In this document: positions 1-13,618 of the stretch, piece after piece | Layout: each line of letters opens with the position of its first letter | Position numbering within the stretch: position 1 is the stretch's first letter | Source: Ginglymostoma cirratum | Lineage: Eukaryota | NCBI GenBank assembly: GCA_024137785.1 | Contig: JAHRHZ010000264.1 | Span: 28,295,907-28,359,906 of the forward strand | Direction: 5' to 3' | Length of the DNA stretch: 64,000 nt | Position numbers and translations under genes: made by a program | The notes under the pieces: generated by a model | What the model saw: only the letters and a program-made list of their open reading frames with translations | What the model was told of the DNA's origin: nothing | Databases searched by the model: none

Positions 1-530
1 GATAAGTAACATTCATACAACATAAATGCAGGGCAATGACAATCTCCAACAAAACAGAATCCAAGAGAATCATCTCTTGACATTCGATATCATTGCCATC
101 ATGAAATACCTTACTTTCAACGTCCTGTGGGTCATCACTGACCGTAAACTGAACTGGACTAATCACATAAATACTAGAGCCACAGGGGCAGGTCAAAGGC
201 TAGACATTCTGCAGCAAGCAACACACCCCCTGACTGCCCAAAGTCTGTCTCCAACTACAAGGCACAAGTCAGGAGTGTGATGGAATGGTTCCCTTTATCT
301 GATGAGTGCAGCTCCAACAATACTCAAGAGACTTGACACTGTACAGGACAAAACAGCCCACTTGATTGGCACCACATCTACAAGCATCCATTCCTTCCAC
401 CACTGACGCTCAGCAGCTGCAGTATGTGCTATTAACAAGATGCACCGCAGAAATTCACCAAATATCCTTAAACAGCACCTTCCAATCCCAAAACTACTTC
501 CATCTAGAAGGACAACAGTGGTTAGCAATT
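1..530 (+). mobile_element. Crack/L2-like LINE fragment, same family as 54380-55550
   Basis: ITDRKLNWTNHIN...QRLDIL...LTAQSLS; other copies near 4500-5220, 7140-7760, 8150-8700, 20020-20700, 29130-29500 (-), 49490-49820 (-) and 59720-60240 (-). Confidence 0.75.
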
Positions 531-1299
531 CAAGCACAATGTTAGCATTCATTTCAAGAGGGCTAGAATACAAGAGCAGAGATGTACTGCTCAGGCTGGT
601 AAGACCCTGATTTGACTACATTTGGAATATTGAGAGCAGTTGTGGACTTCATATCGAAGAAAGGATGTGCTAGCTTTGGAGGGGACCCAGAGGAGATTTA
701 CCAGCATAATCCTGGGATCCGAATCATGTCCAGTAGTAAGGGAGCCAAGTTTTCAGCTTGTTTAATGATTTCAGGATGAGATATTAATTGAAGAAAATAG
801 CACTGGGTTAATGCAGGAATTTTCTGAAAAGAAACCAATTACAGTTGTTCCAACTAAACAAGGAGCTTTAGCATAGAGACAGGTGTGACACTTTAATGAG
901 ATCTGTGTGCTGTGAAGTTGCTGTGGGGGTAAAAGGATCAAATCTTTGTTTCTGGCATTTGTCATAGAACAATTTCAAATGGTTCTTATATAGTGTAACA
1001 TGGTTCAAGTCTTTCTTTTGTGTGGAATAATCATTTAAGTTTTTTTAAAAAAACCCATATTAGCAGCCTCTGTGAATTATTCATAAAAAATTATGGTCTA
1101 TCAAACCAGGCCTCACTGTACAGTCTGATGTGTCTAGTATTACCATCAACTGGGATTATGTTGAATAGCTTGCAGGAACAGGTTTGACCACCAGTCAGCT
1201 CTGCAAAGCAATTTATTAAGTTTCAGAAACTCAATCAAATATCTTCAGCTTACCTAACTCCCAGATGAGTCTTTAAGTTAGGGTTCATGGAGCTGGGGC

Positions 1300-2350
1300 A
1301 GGGGTAATATATGAGCTAGAATGAATCTTTTAACAGATATGAAATAAGAATAGGGATAAACAGAGAATATTCAAATTGACAGGCTGTGACTATTGAAGTG
1401 CCATAAGGGTCAGTGCTGAGCCTCAGTTATTTACAGCCTATTGTAATGACCAAGACAAAGAGACTGAAAGTAATGTACCTAAATTTGCTTATGATAAGAC
1501 TCGAGATTGTAAACTATGAGATCACAAAACAGCTTAAACGTAGGAAAGTTAAGCAAATGAACAACCTTATTCTACTTTAAAATTAAACATGGAGTAATTG
1601 ATGAAGTGAAAGGTTATTCACTTTGATACTGAGAACAAATAAGCAGAATTTTTTATAAATCTGAGAGATGTTGGTGTTCATAGATTTGGGTCTAAGATAA
1701 ACAAAGTTTGCATGCCGGTACACCATGGAAGCTAGGAAGGCAAATGGCATCTTACTGTTTATTGCAAAGGAAAAGGAGATTAGAGTACAAGAATAAGCAA
1801 GTCAAGCTACTATTGTGCAGGATTTTTTTGAGACCGTATTTGGAGCAGTGTGCAGTTTTGGATTCCATATTTAAGGAAGGATATAATTGCATTGGAAGCA
1901 ATGCAGCAAAGGCTCACTCGATTGGTTCCTGGGTTGTCCAATGATGAGAGACTGAATAAACTGGGTATATATTCACTGGACTTCAGAAGAATGAGACCTC
2001 ATTGAAGTATAAGATTCCAAAGACGACTGACAGGGCAGAGAGACCGATTGTTTTCCTTAGCTGCAGAGCTTAGAACAAGGGGGCAGGGTCTCGGAATAAG
2101 GACCCGATCATTCAAGCCTACGGTGAAGAGAAATTTCTTCACTCGGAATTGTAAATCTTTGGACTTCTTTACCCTACTTCTCTACTCCACTGAATACACT
2201 TAAGATGGATTGATTTTCGATTTCTCAGGTAATTAAGGATGTAGGGAGTGGGAAGATTTGTTGAAACAGATGATCAGCCATGGTTACATTGAATAACAGA
2301 GCAAGCCTGACAGGTAATATGATCTATTCTTAATGTATCTTATGTTTGTT
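1300..2350 (+). mobile_element. CR1 LINE, decayed 3' portion
   Basis: GVPQGSVL-like, KFAxD and LEYKNK..RPYLEQC segments; CR1 3' UTR. Confidence 0.75.
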
Positions 2351-2474
2351 AAAAAAGAATTTAAGTCACTAATTTTAACTGCCCTTCCTATCGGCTCATC
2401 GTGGTGCCTTATTATACTTTAAAATAAAACTTTCCATCAGCATGCTTCCAAGACAGACCTTTAGATTCTTGTTC

Positions 2475-2657
2475 AACACAAAAACAAAGTTGCTAGAAAA
2501 GCTCAAAAGGTTCTGAACTGGGTTCTGAGGAAGAGTCACCGGACTCGAAACGTTAACTCTGTTTTCTTCTTCACAGATGCTGCCAGACCTGCTGAGCTTT
2601 TCCAGCAATTTTGTTTTTGTTCCTGATTTACAGCATCCGCAGTTCTTTTGGTTTTTA
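2475..2657 (+). mobile_element. Short Penelope-terminus insertion (family A) with partial inverted repeat
   Basis: TSD tttagattcttgttc (2460-2474) / tttagattcttattc (2658-2672); same sequence as the PLE terminus at 24400-24554. Confidence 0.8.
2520..2559 (+). ncRNA. Minimal type I hammerhead ribozyme motif, intact core
   Basis: GGGUU-CUGAGGA-A-GAGUC(ACCG)GACUC-GAAA-CGUU-AACUC. Confidence 0.8.
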
Positions 2658-4136
2658 TTTAGATTCTTATTCTCTCTTTACCCAGATATCTCAGTCCGGA
2701 CCACTTCTTCTCACTAACACCCCTGTTCCCTCTCCCAACCCTGGGCTGTATAGTCTTATTCATGCTCTTTGCCTGCTCTCAATCCTGGCTGCAGCCACTT
2801 TCACTCAAAATGATAACCATAGCACTCAACATTCCAACTTCACTGGGAAACTCCTGTTAAACCTTGTCAGACAAACCATGTGGCTAAGTTTAGTGTCTCA
2901 CAACATCATGGCTTCTTCACTCTTCACGTCTGACATTGAGTTTCAATCATCACAGAAACACAAACTTTCTTATGGGGGCTTGGGTGCATCATCATCTTTG
3001 GTAACAATATTTTAACTTAATCTTGATAAGTTTCCATTGACTTCTTGACTGTTTAAACCATTATTTTTGATTTTAAAGAAGTTGGAACACACCCTTAAGC
3101 CTGAAATTTAATGCTTCTGAGCAATGAATGGATAATTTTATTCTGAAATTAAATACAGAATAAAAATAATCACCATTGGCACAAAATACAAAGAAATTGT
3201 ATAACGCTGAAATGATTGGGTACACCATATTTGCAGACAGTTTTGATGATGGGTTCTTCAGTCACTTTAAGCGACGAATACGCAACAAAAATGGCTATTT
3301 TACAGTTTAGGCATATGTCTGAAGTTAGGTCAAGTGTCAATTTGCAAAACCAATAGCAAATACTGCCAATGAAATCAGTGTTAGAGGGCTAGATTAATCC
3401 TGCTATGACGTCCGTTTTCATGACATGACTTAAAACGTAGCTAACATTACACATTTGATTCTACAGTTTGCGATATGCTGAATTTAATCATGCCTGTATT
3501 TTATGCTGATGGAATCAAATCTAACACAGAAGAAAATTATCCAGATCCAAAACTAATTATATTTACTTATTAATTATGAGCTGCCCATTTTCCTGCACCT
3601 GGCTATGCGGGTTCAAAGCTATGCGCAAACAACTCTCCCAACCTGGAACCTCAGTCTTTCTGCAATTCAGTTCAATTCACAATTTAGCAGTATTATCTCT
3701 TGAGCAGTAGGTGGGCATCATGACAGTCTGGCCCTGGTTGAATTTTTCTGCTGCTCATCATGGAGCTCTTTCAATATCCAAGAATTCATAACCTGGGACA
3801 GGTCCACAGGCAACTTACTTGTTTTGTTTAAAAATATCAAATATGTCCTATTTTGTCCCAACAAAGTAAACGAACAGTTAAACCATGACTATAATCCAGC
3901 AGTAATCGAGTATGTGGCTTTCCTTGCCCTCCATGTAATGCTTTTATACATACAAATTAAAATATCTTGCACCATAAATGCAAAACCTTAATAAGACTAT
4001 GTCTGTGTAAGTGCTTCAAAATTGGATCACACTGAATGTGTGGAATTAAGTACTAAATATGAAGATGATCTATACACTGCACATGTACAAAAAGGGAAGA
4101 ATTCACTTCAAACAATGCCCAAAACATTAAACTTAC

Positions 4137-4319
4137 CAAGTCATCGGGAGCATCTGCATGAAGACTGTTAACATGAATGTAATCCTTTTGTATGGAGAAG
4201 TAGTGCTGAATGTGTTCTGGAATAGCACTTCGGTCAATCTTGTTGGGTAATTGAGTGCCCAGCAGAAAACTATTATTCAAGTCCAGCATCTGAACGTTAA
4301 GGTTCACCACCTTTTTACG
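4137..4319 (-). CDS. MIPEP: MIPEP coding exon 6 (183 bp); gene continues beyond the left edge
   Basis: CAG|RKKVVNLNVQMLDLNNSFLLGTQLPNKIDRSAIPEHIQHYFSIQKDYIHVNSLHADAPDDL|GTAAGT. Confidence 0.96.
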
Positions 4320-7300
4320 CTGTAAAGATAAGACACAATATGTGCATAGATACATGTAGAAGGAACAAAAAGTGGAGGAGAGACAGAGTAGTGGAACTTC
4401 AAGCCATAGTTTACGTATTATAACTATTTGACAGGTGCACTTTGTGTGAAATCACTGATGCATGGTCCACAATATTTCAGTCATTAAAATGAATGACTAC
4501 AACTTCACCAGCTTGGAATGATAATTAATATTTGCATCACGTAACTGCCTGGAAATGATCATCTCCAATGATGGCCTCTTGGTATTCTAGGACATTCCTA
4601 TCACTGAATGCTTCACTTTTAACATCCTGGGTGTTAGCACGGATCAGAAATTGGACAGGACCATCCATACAAATACCATGGCTACAAGACCGTGTCAGAG
4701 ATTAGCAAGTTTGATGTGAAAGACTCGTGTCTCGACTCTCCAAAGCCGGTCCAAGGCATGAGTCAGGCGTGTGATGAAATACTCTGCACCGACTTGATGA
4801 ATGTAGTATCAACACAAGCACTCAACACTATCTGCATGTCCCATCTCAGACCTTCAACATTCTCTCCCTTCACCATCAACACAATTACAGCAGTGCATCT
4901 CATCTAGAGAGAGTATGCTGCAACAACTCAGCAAGGCCATCAGACATACCTTCCATACCTACAATCTCTAGCATCTAAATGCCAAGGGCAACAGATATGC
5001 AAAATCATCATCTGCAAGCTCCACCCTAACTTACAAATACACTGTCATTCTTACAGTGTCACTGGGTCAAAAACTGGAATACCCTCCCCAACTGCTACAT
5101 GGATGCCCCTTCACAGCAATTCAAAACAACAGTTAATCATCACTTGTTCCAGGATAAGGGGCAGGCAACAAATACTGGCCTAGCCAGTAATGCCCACATC
5201 CCACTAATGAATTTGAAAAATCCAATGTATGTTTTGGTATGTACCTCCATGTTTCTAACTTAAGTTTAATCTTTCAGAATTAGCTTGAAATAGTTAGAGG
5301 AATATGCGGTTACTGAAAGTTTGTTGTACTGGAAACTGCTTAAAGTTTAATTATTCTGGAAACAAACCTAGTAGAATGACTTCTTTACTGGAACAACTAT
5401 TCTAAGCTGGTGGCAAGTGCAGCTCACCCAAAAAGGGACCAACATCAGATGCAGCATGTGCAACTGTAGGATAACAACTGGATAAATACTTGAAACAAAT
5501 AAACTTAAAGAAAACTTAGTATTTTTGGTTAACCGTTTCAATTAAAAATGTTGCTAAATTGTGAAAGTTCATGGGACATGGAAAGAGAACAGAAATTATT
5601 CTAATAAATAACTCCATGCCTCAATAGTCCAACAAGGAATTAGAACTTGTTCAACTGGAAAGCCTTTGTGGAACAACTCTGGGAATAAACACCCGACAAC
5701 AAGAATAATGAAGCGTCTATAACAGGGTTTTGAGGCTAAAGATGGAATATTTCAAGACAGTTATGGAACTAATTGCTGGGAACATAGAATGATAAGGAAA
5801 GATGATGTACAAACAATAGCAGGTAATTTTGAAAGCTCCATGATCTCCCAGCAAATGAATACATTTACTCAGTGATTCACAGAAAGAAAACTTCACATTG
5901 TAATAGCTACTTCAAATGACAATAAGGCCTATCAAGTTAAACCCTGAGAGAAAGATATAAAAGTACTACAATTGGAAAGACTTCAGTGCAATTCGGCAAT
6001 GGAGGGGAACTGTTGAAAATGGAACAATGACAACCTTCTTCACTCACACCTGACTAGTTCATGTAGATGCAAAGAGGTGAAGCGCTGTGTCAACAGGAAG
6101 AAGGAGAAGAGTTGTTTGGGCCTGCCAGACATTCTACCCAACCTGAAACAGTACTCATGACTTCACACGATCATATATTTTCCCAAAGTCACGACTGGCA
6201 ACTTATAATCCTTTTCTGTTCTTTTTTCTTCTCTATTGGACAGTCATAACAGGACTGGCAGTGGTCATTTAGTCAATTAAGCATAATATTCATACATTTC
6301 CACAAAGGGGAAAAAGAAGACTTCATTAGCTAAAGCTACCTGAAGTGGTTAGTGTGTAGGATAAAGCAGAAAAGAAACAACAGAGGTCAGCTTGATAAGA
6401 AGGGAGAAACAGGTTTAACATAAAACTTAGAGGGGAAAAAAAAGGGAAATAAAGGGCAAAGAGACAGCATGAGAATAACTTGGCAGCTAACAATGAAATG
6501 TAAGGTTATGCTGTACTTCCATTGGTATTTTATTAGTAAAAGACTATCAGAGAAGAAGTAGAGACAACAGCGTTAATATGAAGATCAATTGATGTAGGCA
6601 GAAGGGATGGCTTACCTAGTAAGTGAATAGCTAGAGTCAGCAAGAAGATTATTAGAATACTGGACAAGATAAACTGTATCAAGAATAGATAGCAGAAAGG
6701 CTGATGGTATTTGAAATGGCTACATCATTTGGGCCAAATGAGACGTACTTTTGGATTGCTCAGAGAGGTAACCAGCATAAATTAGGAAAGGGCTCGTCAC
6801 AATTTTCAAAATGTCTTCAAGTTCAGGGATAGTGGTATAGGAATGGGGGTGAATTGTAAATGTTACAACCATGTTCAAAATAGGAGAAAAGAATAAACTT
6901 GGCAGTTACACACAAGCCAATTCAATGTCAGCAACAGAAAGGTTTTTTAAGAAACAATAATTACAGAGATGGATATGGACTAATACAATGACAGTCAGCA
7001 TGGAATTAAGAGCAAATTGTGCTCACCTAACTGGTTCAATCAACAGATCATTACAACAATTGTCACAGCTATGACCTACAACAACATCCCAACTCAGCTG
7101 ACGAGTTGTTCTCTCAGACTAATTACACCACTGGCAAAGCTGAACCACTAATGCTACAACACTGACATCTACCGACCAAAGATCAAAATTACCCAAGTAC
7201 GTCCTGTCCACGAAAAAACAGGACAAATCTGATCCAGAAATTAACGGTGCATCAGGTTATTCTTAATCATAAGCGAAGTGATGGAAGTATCACTGAAAAT

Positions 7301-9199
7301 GCTGTCAGCTGGCACTTAGTTATCAACAACCTGCTTCATAACGTGCACTCTGGTTTCCAGATTTCCTGAAGCCTTGGTACAAACAAGGGGAAACAAGGGG
7401 AAACAAAAAGACACAGGTGAGGCAAGACAGTGTCTTCCCTTGACATCAAAAGCGGCCCTGTAAAAGTAAAGTCACTGGGAATCAGTGGGGTAGAGGGACC
7501 AACTTTCCACCAGCTGAATTCATGACTAGCATAACGGGCAAAGATTTTGGTTGCTGCAAGTGCTTCAAGTTCCTCAGGACAAAGAGTCAGTCCAAGACTC
7601 TTTAGCTGTTGTATCAATTACGTGCTTTCTGAAATGAGGTCTTCACTGATAATTGCATATTAATCATCCAGTTCCCTCGTCAACTCCTCAGGTACCAAAA
7701 TTAATTTGGGGCAGCATGCAGCAAGATCTCAAATAACATGCACCGGCAGCATAGGAACTTAGGAAATAGGCGCAGGAATAGACAGTTAGGTCTCAAGACT
7801 ACTCTGCATTCAACTAGATCATGGTCGATCCTCTATCTCAACACTATTTTCTGACACTACTTCCATATCCCTTTATGGATTAGACAAAGAGAAATATATT
7901 GACCTTCATCTTGAACACACAATGAGTGGGTCTCCACAGTCACCCCAGGCACGGAATTCAAAAATTCACCACCTCTGAGGATTCACCCTCAGAGTAAAAA
8001 TCATCCGGTCCTTAATGACCTGCCCTTTTTCAGAGATTGTGTCCTCTACTTCTGGATTCCAAGTCAGGGAAAGATCCTTCCTGCATTTGCCCTGTCAAGC
8101 CCTATAAGAATTTTGTTCAAACAAAATTAGTGTCTTTCAATATAGTGACTAACACTTCTTTTTGGCATTTAATGGCCTTACCATCACTGAATCATTCAGG
8201 ATCAATATCCTGAAGGTCAACAATGACCAGAAATGGAACTGGACCAGCCACATAAGAGTCAAATATTTGACAATAAGTGACTCGTTTCTCTCTCTCTAAA
8301 GCCTACTGACTATCTGATGGGCACTATACGGGGTGTAATGCAATAATATGCACTTTGCTGGATGAGTGAAGTTTTACTAGTACTCAAAAAGCACGACAAC
8401 CTACAGGACAAAGCAGCCTATTTGACAGGTATACCTTCCTCCAACATCTTAAACATTCACACGGTCCACTACCAGTGCACCAAGGCTGCAGTGTGCATGA
8501 CCTACACGGTGCATTCTAACAACTTTCCAAAGCTTTTTTGGCAGCATATCCCAAATTTGCGACCTCTACCAACCAGAAGGTCAGAGGTAAACAGTTACAA
8601 CCAGCACCTGCTAGTTCGGCTCCAAGTCACACACCATCCTGACTCAGAAATGTATTGTAATTCCTTCATCATCACTCAGAAAAAAATCCTAGAACTCCCT
8701 ACGCAAGAACCAGATCTTAAAAATATTTTTATTTTTAGAAACTGTTGACTGAAACGAGCAAGAATTGTTCAAAAACCAGTACTTGAAAGGGTGGTTACAG
8801 ATTTGTAAAGTAAGTAAGCCAACATCCATGACAAGCATCATGTATACAACCGTTATGCCAAGTACTAATTTAAATTTGAGTTGTTTTGGAGCCAAGTGAG
8901 TTACTGATGCAGCTTTGTTGGCAAGAAGCTGATTAATCTATTAATTCACGAGCAGTTACTGATTACAGAAACTTTTTTGCCTGCCAACAACTGTGTGATT
9001 TGTTCTCAGGTAACTCAGCTGCCTGGAGTTGGGAACAAATTAGAGTGAGAGTGACAGCGTGACAGATTCGGCTTTTCCCCAGCTCACGAGCAGTCTCTCT
9101 ATTCCCTGCAGTCAAAATTCACTGTAAACCTGGAGGAAACCAGTTTATCTTTACCGCACTAGCCATTCTATGCTGTGATTTTTAACTGGTCAGCTTTAA

Positions 9200-10195
9200 A
9201 GTGAGCTTGGACAAACATGGATTGTTTTGGCTAGACCATCGGAGGCTGAGGGGCGACTTGATAGAAGTATATATAAAATTATGAGAGACATGGATATTTG
9301 GATATTCAGAGTCTTGTTCCCCAGGATGGAAATGTCAAATACCAGGGGGCACAGGTTTAAAGGGGAGGGGAGGAAAATTTAAGGGAGATATGCAAGGAAA
9401 GCTTTTTTCGGAAAAGAGGGTGTTAACTGCCCGGAACATGCCACCACGGGAGGTGGTAGAAGCAGATACGTTAGCAAAGTTTAACAGAAATTTAGACAGA
9501 CACACGAACAGGTATGGGATAGAGAGGTATGGGCCATGTGCAGGCAGAAGGGGTTAGCTTAGAATAGTATCATGATTGGCACAGACATGGTGGGCCAAAG
9601 GGCCTGTTCCTGTACTGCACTATTCTAGAAGAATCATAAAGATGACCTCAACAACAGGGATCGGTTCTGGGTCTTCTTTGGCTTGTCATTTATATAAATG
9701 ATTTGGATGAGAATATAGCAGGCATGGTTAGTAAGATTGCCAATGGCTCCAAAATTGGTGGCAAAATAGACAGTGAAAATTTTCTGAGATTACAAAGAGA
9801 TCTTGATTAAATGTGTCAATGGGCTAAAAATGGCAGGTAGAGTTCAATCAGGATAAATGCAAGGTATTGCATTTTGGTGTAACAAACAAAGGCAGGGCTT
9901 ATACAATTAATGGTCAGGCCTTGGTAGTGCTGTAGAACAGAGGGATCTAGGGGTGCAGGTACATAAAATTCTTTGCAGATTGCATCCATATAGACAGGGT
10001 GGTTAAAAAAAGGTGTTTGGCATGCTTGCCTTCATTGCTTAGTCCTTTGAGTATAGGAGTTGGGAAGTCATGTTGAGGTTGTACAGGACATTGGTGAGGT
10101 CTGTTCTGGAATATGGTGTCCAGTTCTGGTCACCCAGTTATAGGAAGGATATTATCGCGCTGGAAAGGCTTCAAAACAGACTTACCAGGATGTTA
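9200..10195 (+). mobile_element. Two CR1/HER1 LINE fragments
   Basis: LRGDLIEVYKI-like 3' end at 9240-9630; RT C-terminal segment (LYRTLVR..LEYGVQFWSP) at 9650-10195; tail resumes at 11020-11070. Confidence 0.8.
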
Positions 10196-10289
10196 GATAA
10201 CAGGGTGTAGAGCTGGATGAACACAGCAGGCCAAGCAGCATCAGAGGAGCAGGAAGGCTGACATTTCGGGCCTGGACCCCTTTTCTCCT

Positions 10290-11020
10290 CTTGGCATAGA
10301 GGAGGAGGAATACCTCTTCCAAGTGTTCAGTGATAATGGATATCCAAAGAACTGGGTCAGGAGATGCCACAGGAACAGCATCAGAAAGATTCTACACGTC
10401 CCGACACACTCATCACACTACCCTACATCAGGAACACGTCAGAACTCACCACAAGACTTCTATGACCGCTGGGCATCAGAATGGCACACAAACCCACATC
10501 AACCCTACGACAAGCGCTCGCCCGAACTAAAGACCCACTCCCCGCCACGGACAGGACCAATGTCATCTACAAGATCCCCTGCAGAAACTGCGAGAAACAC
10601 TACATCGGACAAACAGGAAGGAAACTAACAACACGAGTACATGAACACCAACTGGCTACGAAAAGACACGACCAATACTCACTCATCTCAATCCACATGG
10701 ACAAGGAGAACCACAACTTCGATTGGGACAACACCAAGATCGTGGGACAGGCTAGGCAGAGACAAGCACGAGAATTCCTGGAAGCATGGCACTCCATGAA
10801 GCAGGCTATTAATAAACACATTGAACTCGACCCCATATACATACCATTATGAAGGAAACCCGGAAGTGAGGCAATCCATCGCAATGGACCCCAGAGTTTA
10901 AAAGCCAGGCGGGAAAACACACTGACGCTTCATCAGAGGCTGCACTGAGGATGTTACCAAGCACGGTAACGAAATGTCTGCGGAACAACAAACCAGCTCG
11001 ACGAGCCAACCAACCTCAAA
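10290..11020 (+). mobile_element. Penelope-like element (Poseidon-type), 5'-truncated: RT thumb, GIY-YIG endonuclease and 3' terminus
   Basis: NVIYKIPCRNCEKHYIGQTGRKLTTRVHEH...REFLEAWHS...INKHIELDPIY; hammerhead motif downstream. Confidence 0.9.
10940..10983 (+). ncRNA. Minimal type I hammerhead ribozyme motif (PLE terminus)
   Basis: CUGCA-CUGAGGA-U-GUUACC(AAGCAC)GGUAAC-GAAA-UGUC-UGCGG; 5-bp helix I, 6-bp helix II. Confidence 0.8.
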
Positions 11021-12118
11021 TGGACTGGTTAGACCGAAGGGTCTGTTTCCATGTTGTATGACTCTATGACAAACCATATTAACCAGGCAGGCACAAAGCA
11101 AATGGAATTTAATGAATAAAGGCATACAAAAGACAGAACACTGCAAAACCTACAATCTAACAAAAGCCACAAATCATAAAACACTAGCTTGATTTTAAAT
11201 GTAACATTGATGTTCAAGTTGGAAACACGGTTTAAGAAGTGTGTAAAAACTTTGGAGTGGGTGCAGGATGGATTGACAAGAAATAGTTTCAGGGTCGAGG
11301 GATAACAGTTACACAATAGAGAGTTGCAAGTAGTGGTGTTCTTCTTGGAGTAAATAATGTTCAGAGAAAAAAAACCCAAAGAACTGCAGATGCCGAAAAT
11401 CTGAAACAAAAACAGAAATTGTTGGAAAAACTCAGGAGGTCTGCCAGCTAGGTTAAGAGAAGATTTGATAGAAGGATTTGAAATCATAAAAAGTTTATAT
11501 TTAGAACAAAATAAAGAGAAAATTATTCCAACAGATGAAGCGTCAGTAATCAGAAGACAGAGGCTTTGGGTGATTGGCAAAAGAACCAGAAGTTTCTTTT
11601 TCTATATGTACGCAAGTGGTTAGGATTTCGAATGCACTGTCTGATGGTGTAGTGGTAACAGATTCAAAAGTAGCTTTCAAGATGAGGTTGGATTAAGACT
11701 TGGACAGAAAACAAAATGCATGGTTATAGGGAAAAGCCAGGGAAATGGATTAACTCTGCTCCCTGAAAGAACCAGGGCAGGCAAAATAGCTTTCTGTGGT
11801 ATAGAACTGTATAATAATTCTCCAAGATCATATGTTTAATAGACTCTCCTTCAGAAACATGAAATAATAAAGAGAATCCCAGGGCTATAATCCCTATTAC
11901 CTTTATGTGTTATTTTAACAGAATTTAGGATGTAATTAAGATGTTTTATGCCCTTGTTAAACTCTCTTCTATGTGTACAACAGCAAGGTACTTGCTGTGC
12001 ACTTCTGTAGCAAAAACAAAAATGTGCATTAAGTAAAAGTTTGACATTTTACAACAAGGAAGTTCTCTTAATTTCTCGGCTCTCAACCAACACTATAAAA
12101 GGGGCAGATTATCTTGTT

Positions 12119-12243
12119 AACACAATATGGAGCTGGAGGAACACAGCAGGTCAAACAGCATCAGAGGAGTAGGAAAGTCGACATTTCAGGTCGGGACCCT
12201 TCTTCAGCCTCTGACTCCAGCATCTGCAGTTCTTGCTATCTCT
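12119..12243. mobile_element. Short PLE family B-like terminal insertion
   Basis: ggagctggaggaacacagcagg...tttcaggtcgggacccttcttcag; TSD cagattat(c/t)ttgtt (12105-12118, 12244-12257). Confidence 0.75.
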
Positions 12244-12381
12244 CAGATTATTTTGTTGTTATCAGAGTGTTATATGTAGTACATTGCTGTCCTAAAGTCA
12301 GTTGCCAGATTTCCCTACATTGACGTGTAGCCACTGTAAAAAGTACTTAAATCAACTAGAAAAGGTTTTCAGCACCTTTCA

Positions 12382-12552
<171 letters not shown>

Positions 12553-13618
12553 TCAATTAAATGACAATTTTTAAAAAGAGCTCAATTTTACAGTGTTATT
12601 TTTCAACAGGATAAAATTAAACATGTCAACTTTAGTTCAAAAAATTACTTGCACTAATATATCAGAACTGTCACGACAAAGTACCAGGTTAAAAACATTC
12701 CATTGAGTATCTTAATCAAAAGGTCCAGTGTTACAGGTCCGAATGTCCAAATATCATAATTATCAGAAAACTGGGCTTTCCTATAAAGGTCTGTGTATAA
12801 ACTTAACGGAATATATTTTAAAAACTAACTTAAAATGGACAATTTGGCTAAATTCTGTATTAGTAATGTGGCTCTGGACTAGCAATTCATTTCATGCGAT
12901 GGAAAAGGGGAAGACAGAGAACGGTAAGGGACTAGGGGAGGTGAAAAAAAGTGGCAGGAATGTGGGGGGGAATGCAGGAGAGAAAAAGAGCAAGCGTGAG
13001 AGAGGACAGAGAAAGAGGGGCGAGAGAGAGTACAAGAGGGAAAAGAGATGTATTTGCATCTTTCATTAATTAAGGAATCCAAAGCTGCACACAACATTCA
13101 GGGTGTAGTCTCACCAATACCTTGTATGACTGAAGGATAACATCTTTTAATTTTTCTCTCACGATAAAGGATAGTATCTCTCAAGCCTTGCTGATTACAT
13201 ACATTACAGCATACTTCCATTTTGTAATTCATACACCAGGACACCTAAATCCCTCTGCACCTGATAATTCTATAATCATTCTCCATTTTAATGTTACTTT
13301 GCTTTTTCATTCTTCCTGTCAAAGTGAACAATTTCACATTTTACCACCTGCCAGATTTTTGCTCACTTACTAAGCCTATCTATACCTGTCTGCAACTTCC
13401 CTGCCTTTTTCACATTATACTTTCCTATTTGTCACGTAAAGTATGAATGACTCCGAATGAATGTGTACCTACTAAAATAACCCAATGAGATAGCTAGAGG
13501 CTACCACAATCCTTTCCTCATACTTTGAATTTCAGCCCTGTAACTTCATTTAGGTATAACATGTGTGATTTTGTCAGATTGTGGGTAAAAGGGAATGGGA
13601 AACAGAACATAAAAATAC

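Noticed and set aside
735-1165. Possible solo LTR fragment (also 8745-9200)
   Set aside because: No TG..CA ends, TSD or internal coding sequence could be verified
3244-3322. TGATGA...CTGA pair resembling a C/D snoRNA
   Set aside because: Antisense to the host intron and no terminal stem
11029-11580. 183-aa minus-strand ORF and similar 100-200 aa ORFs (2611, 21163, 43032, 52836)
   Set aside because: They run across or antisense to CR1, PLE or SINE fragments and show no protein motifs
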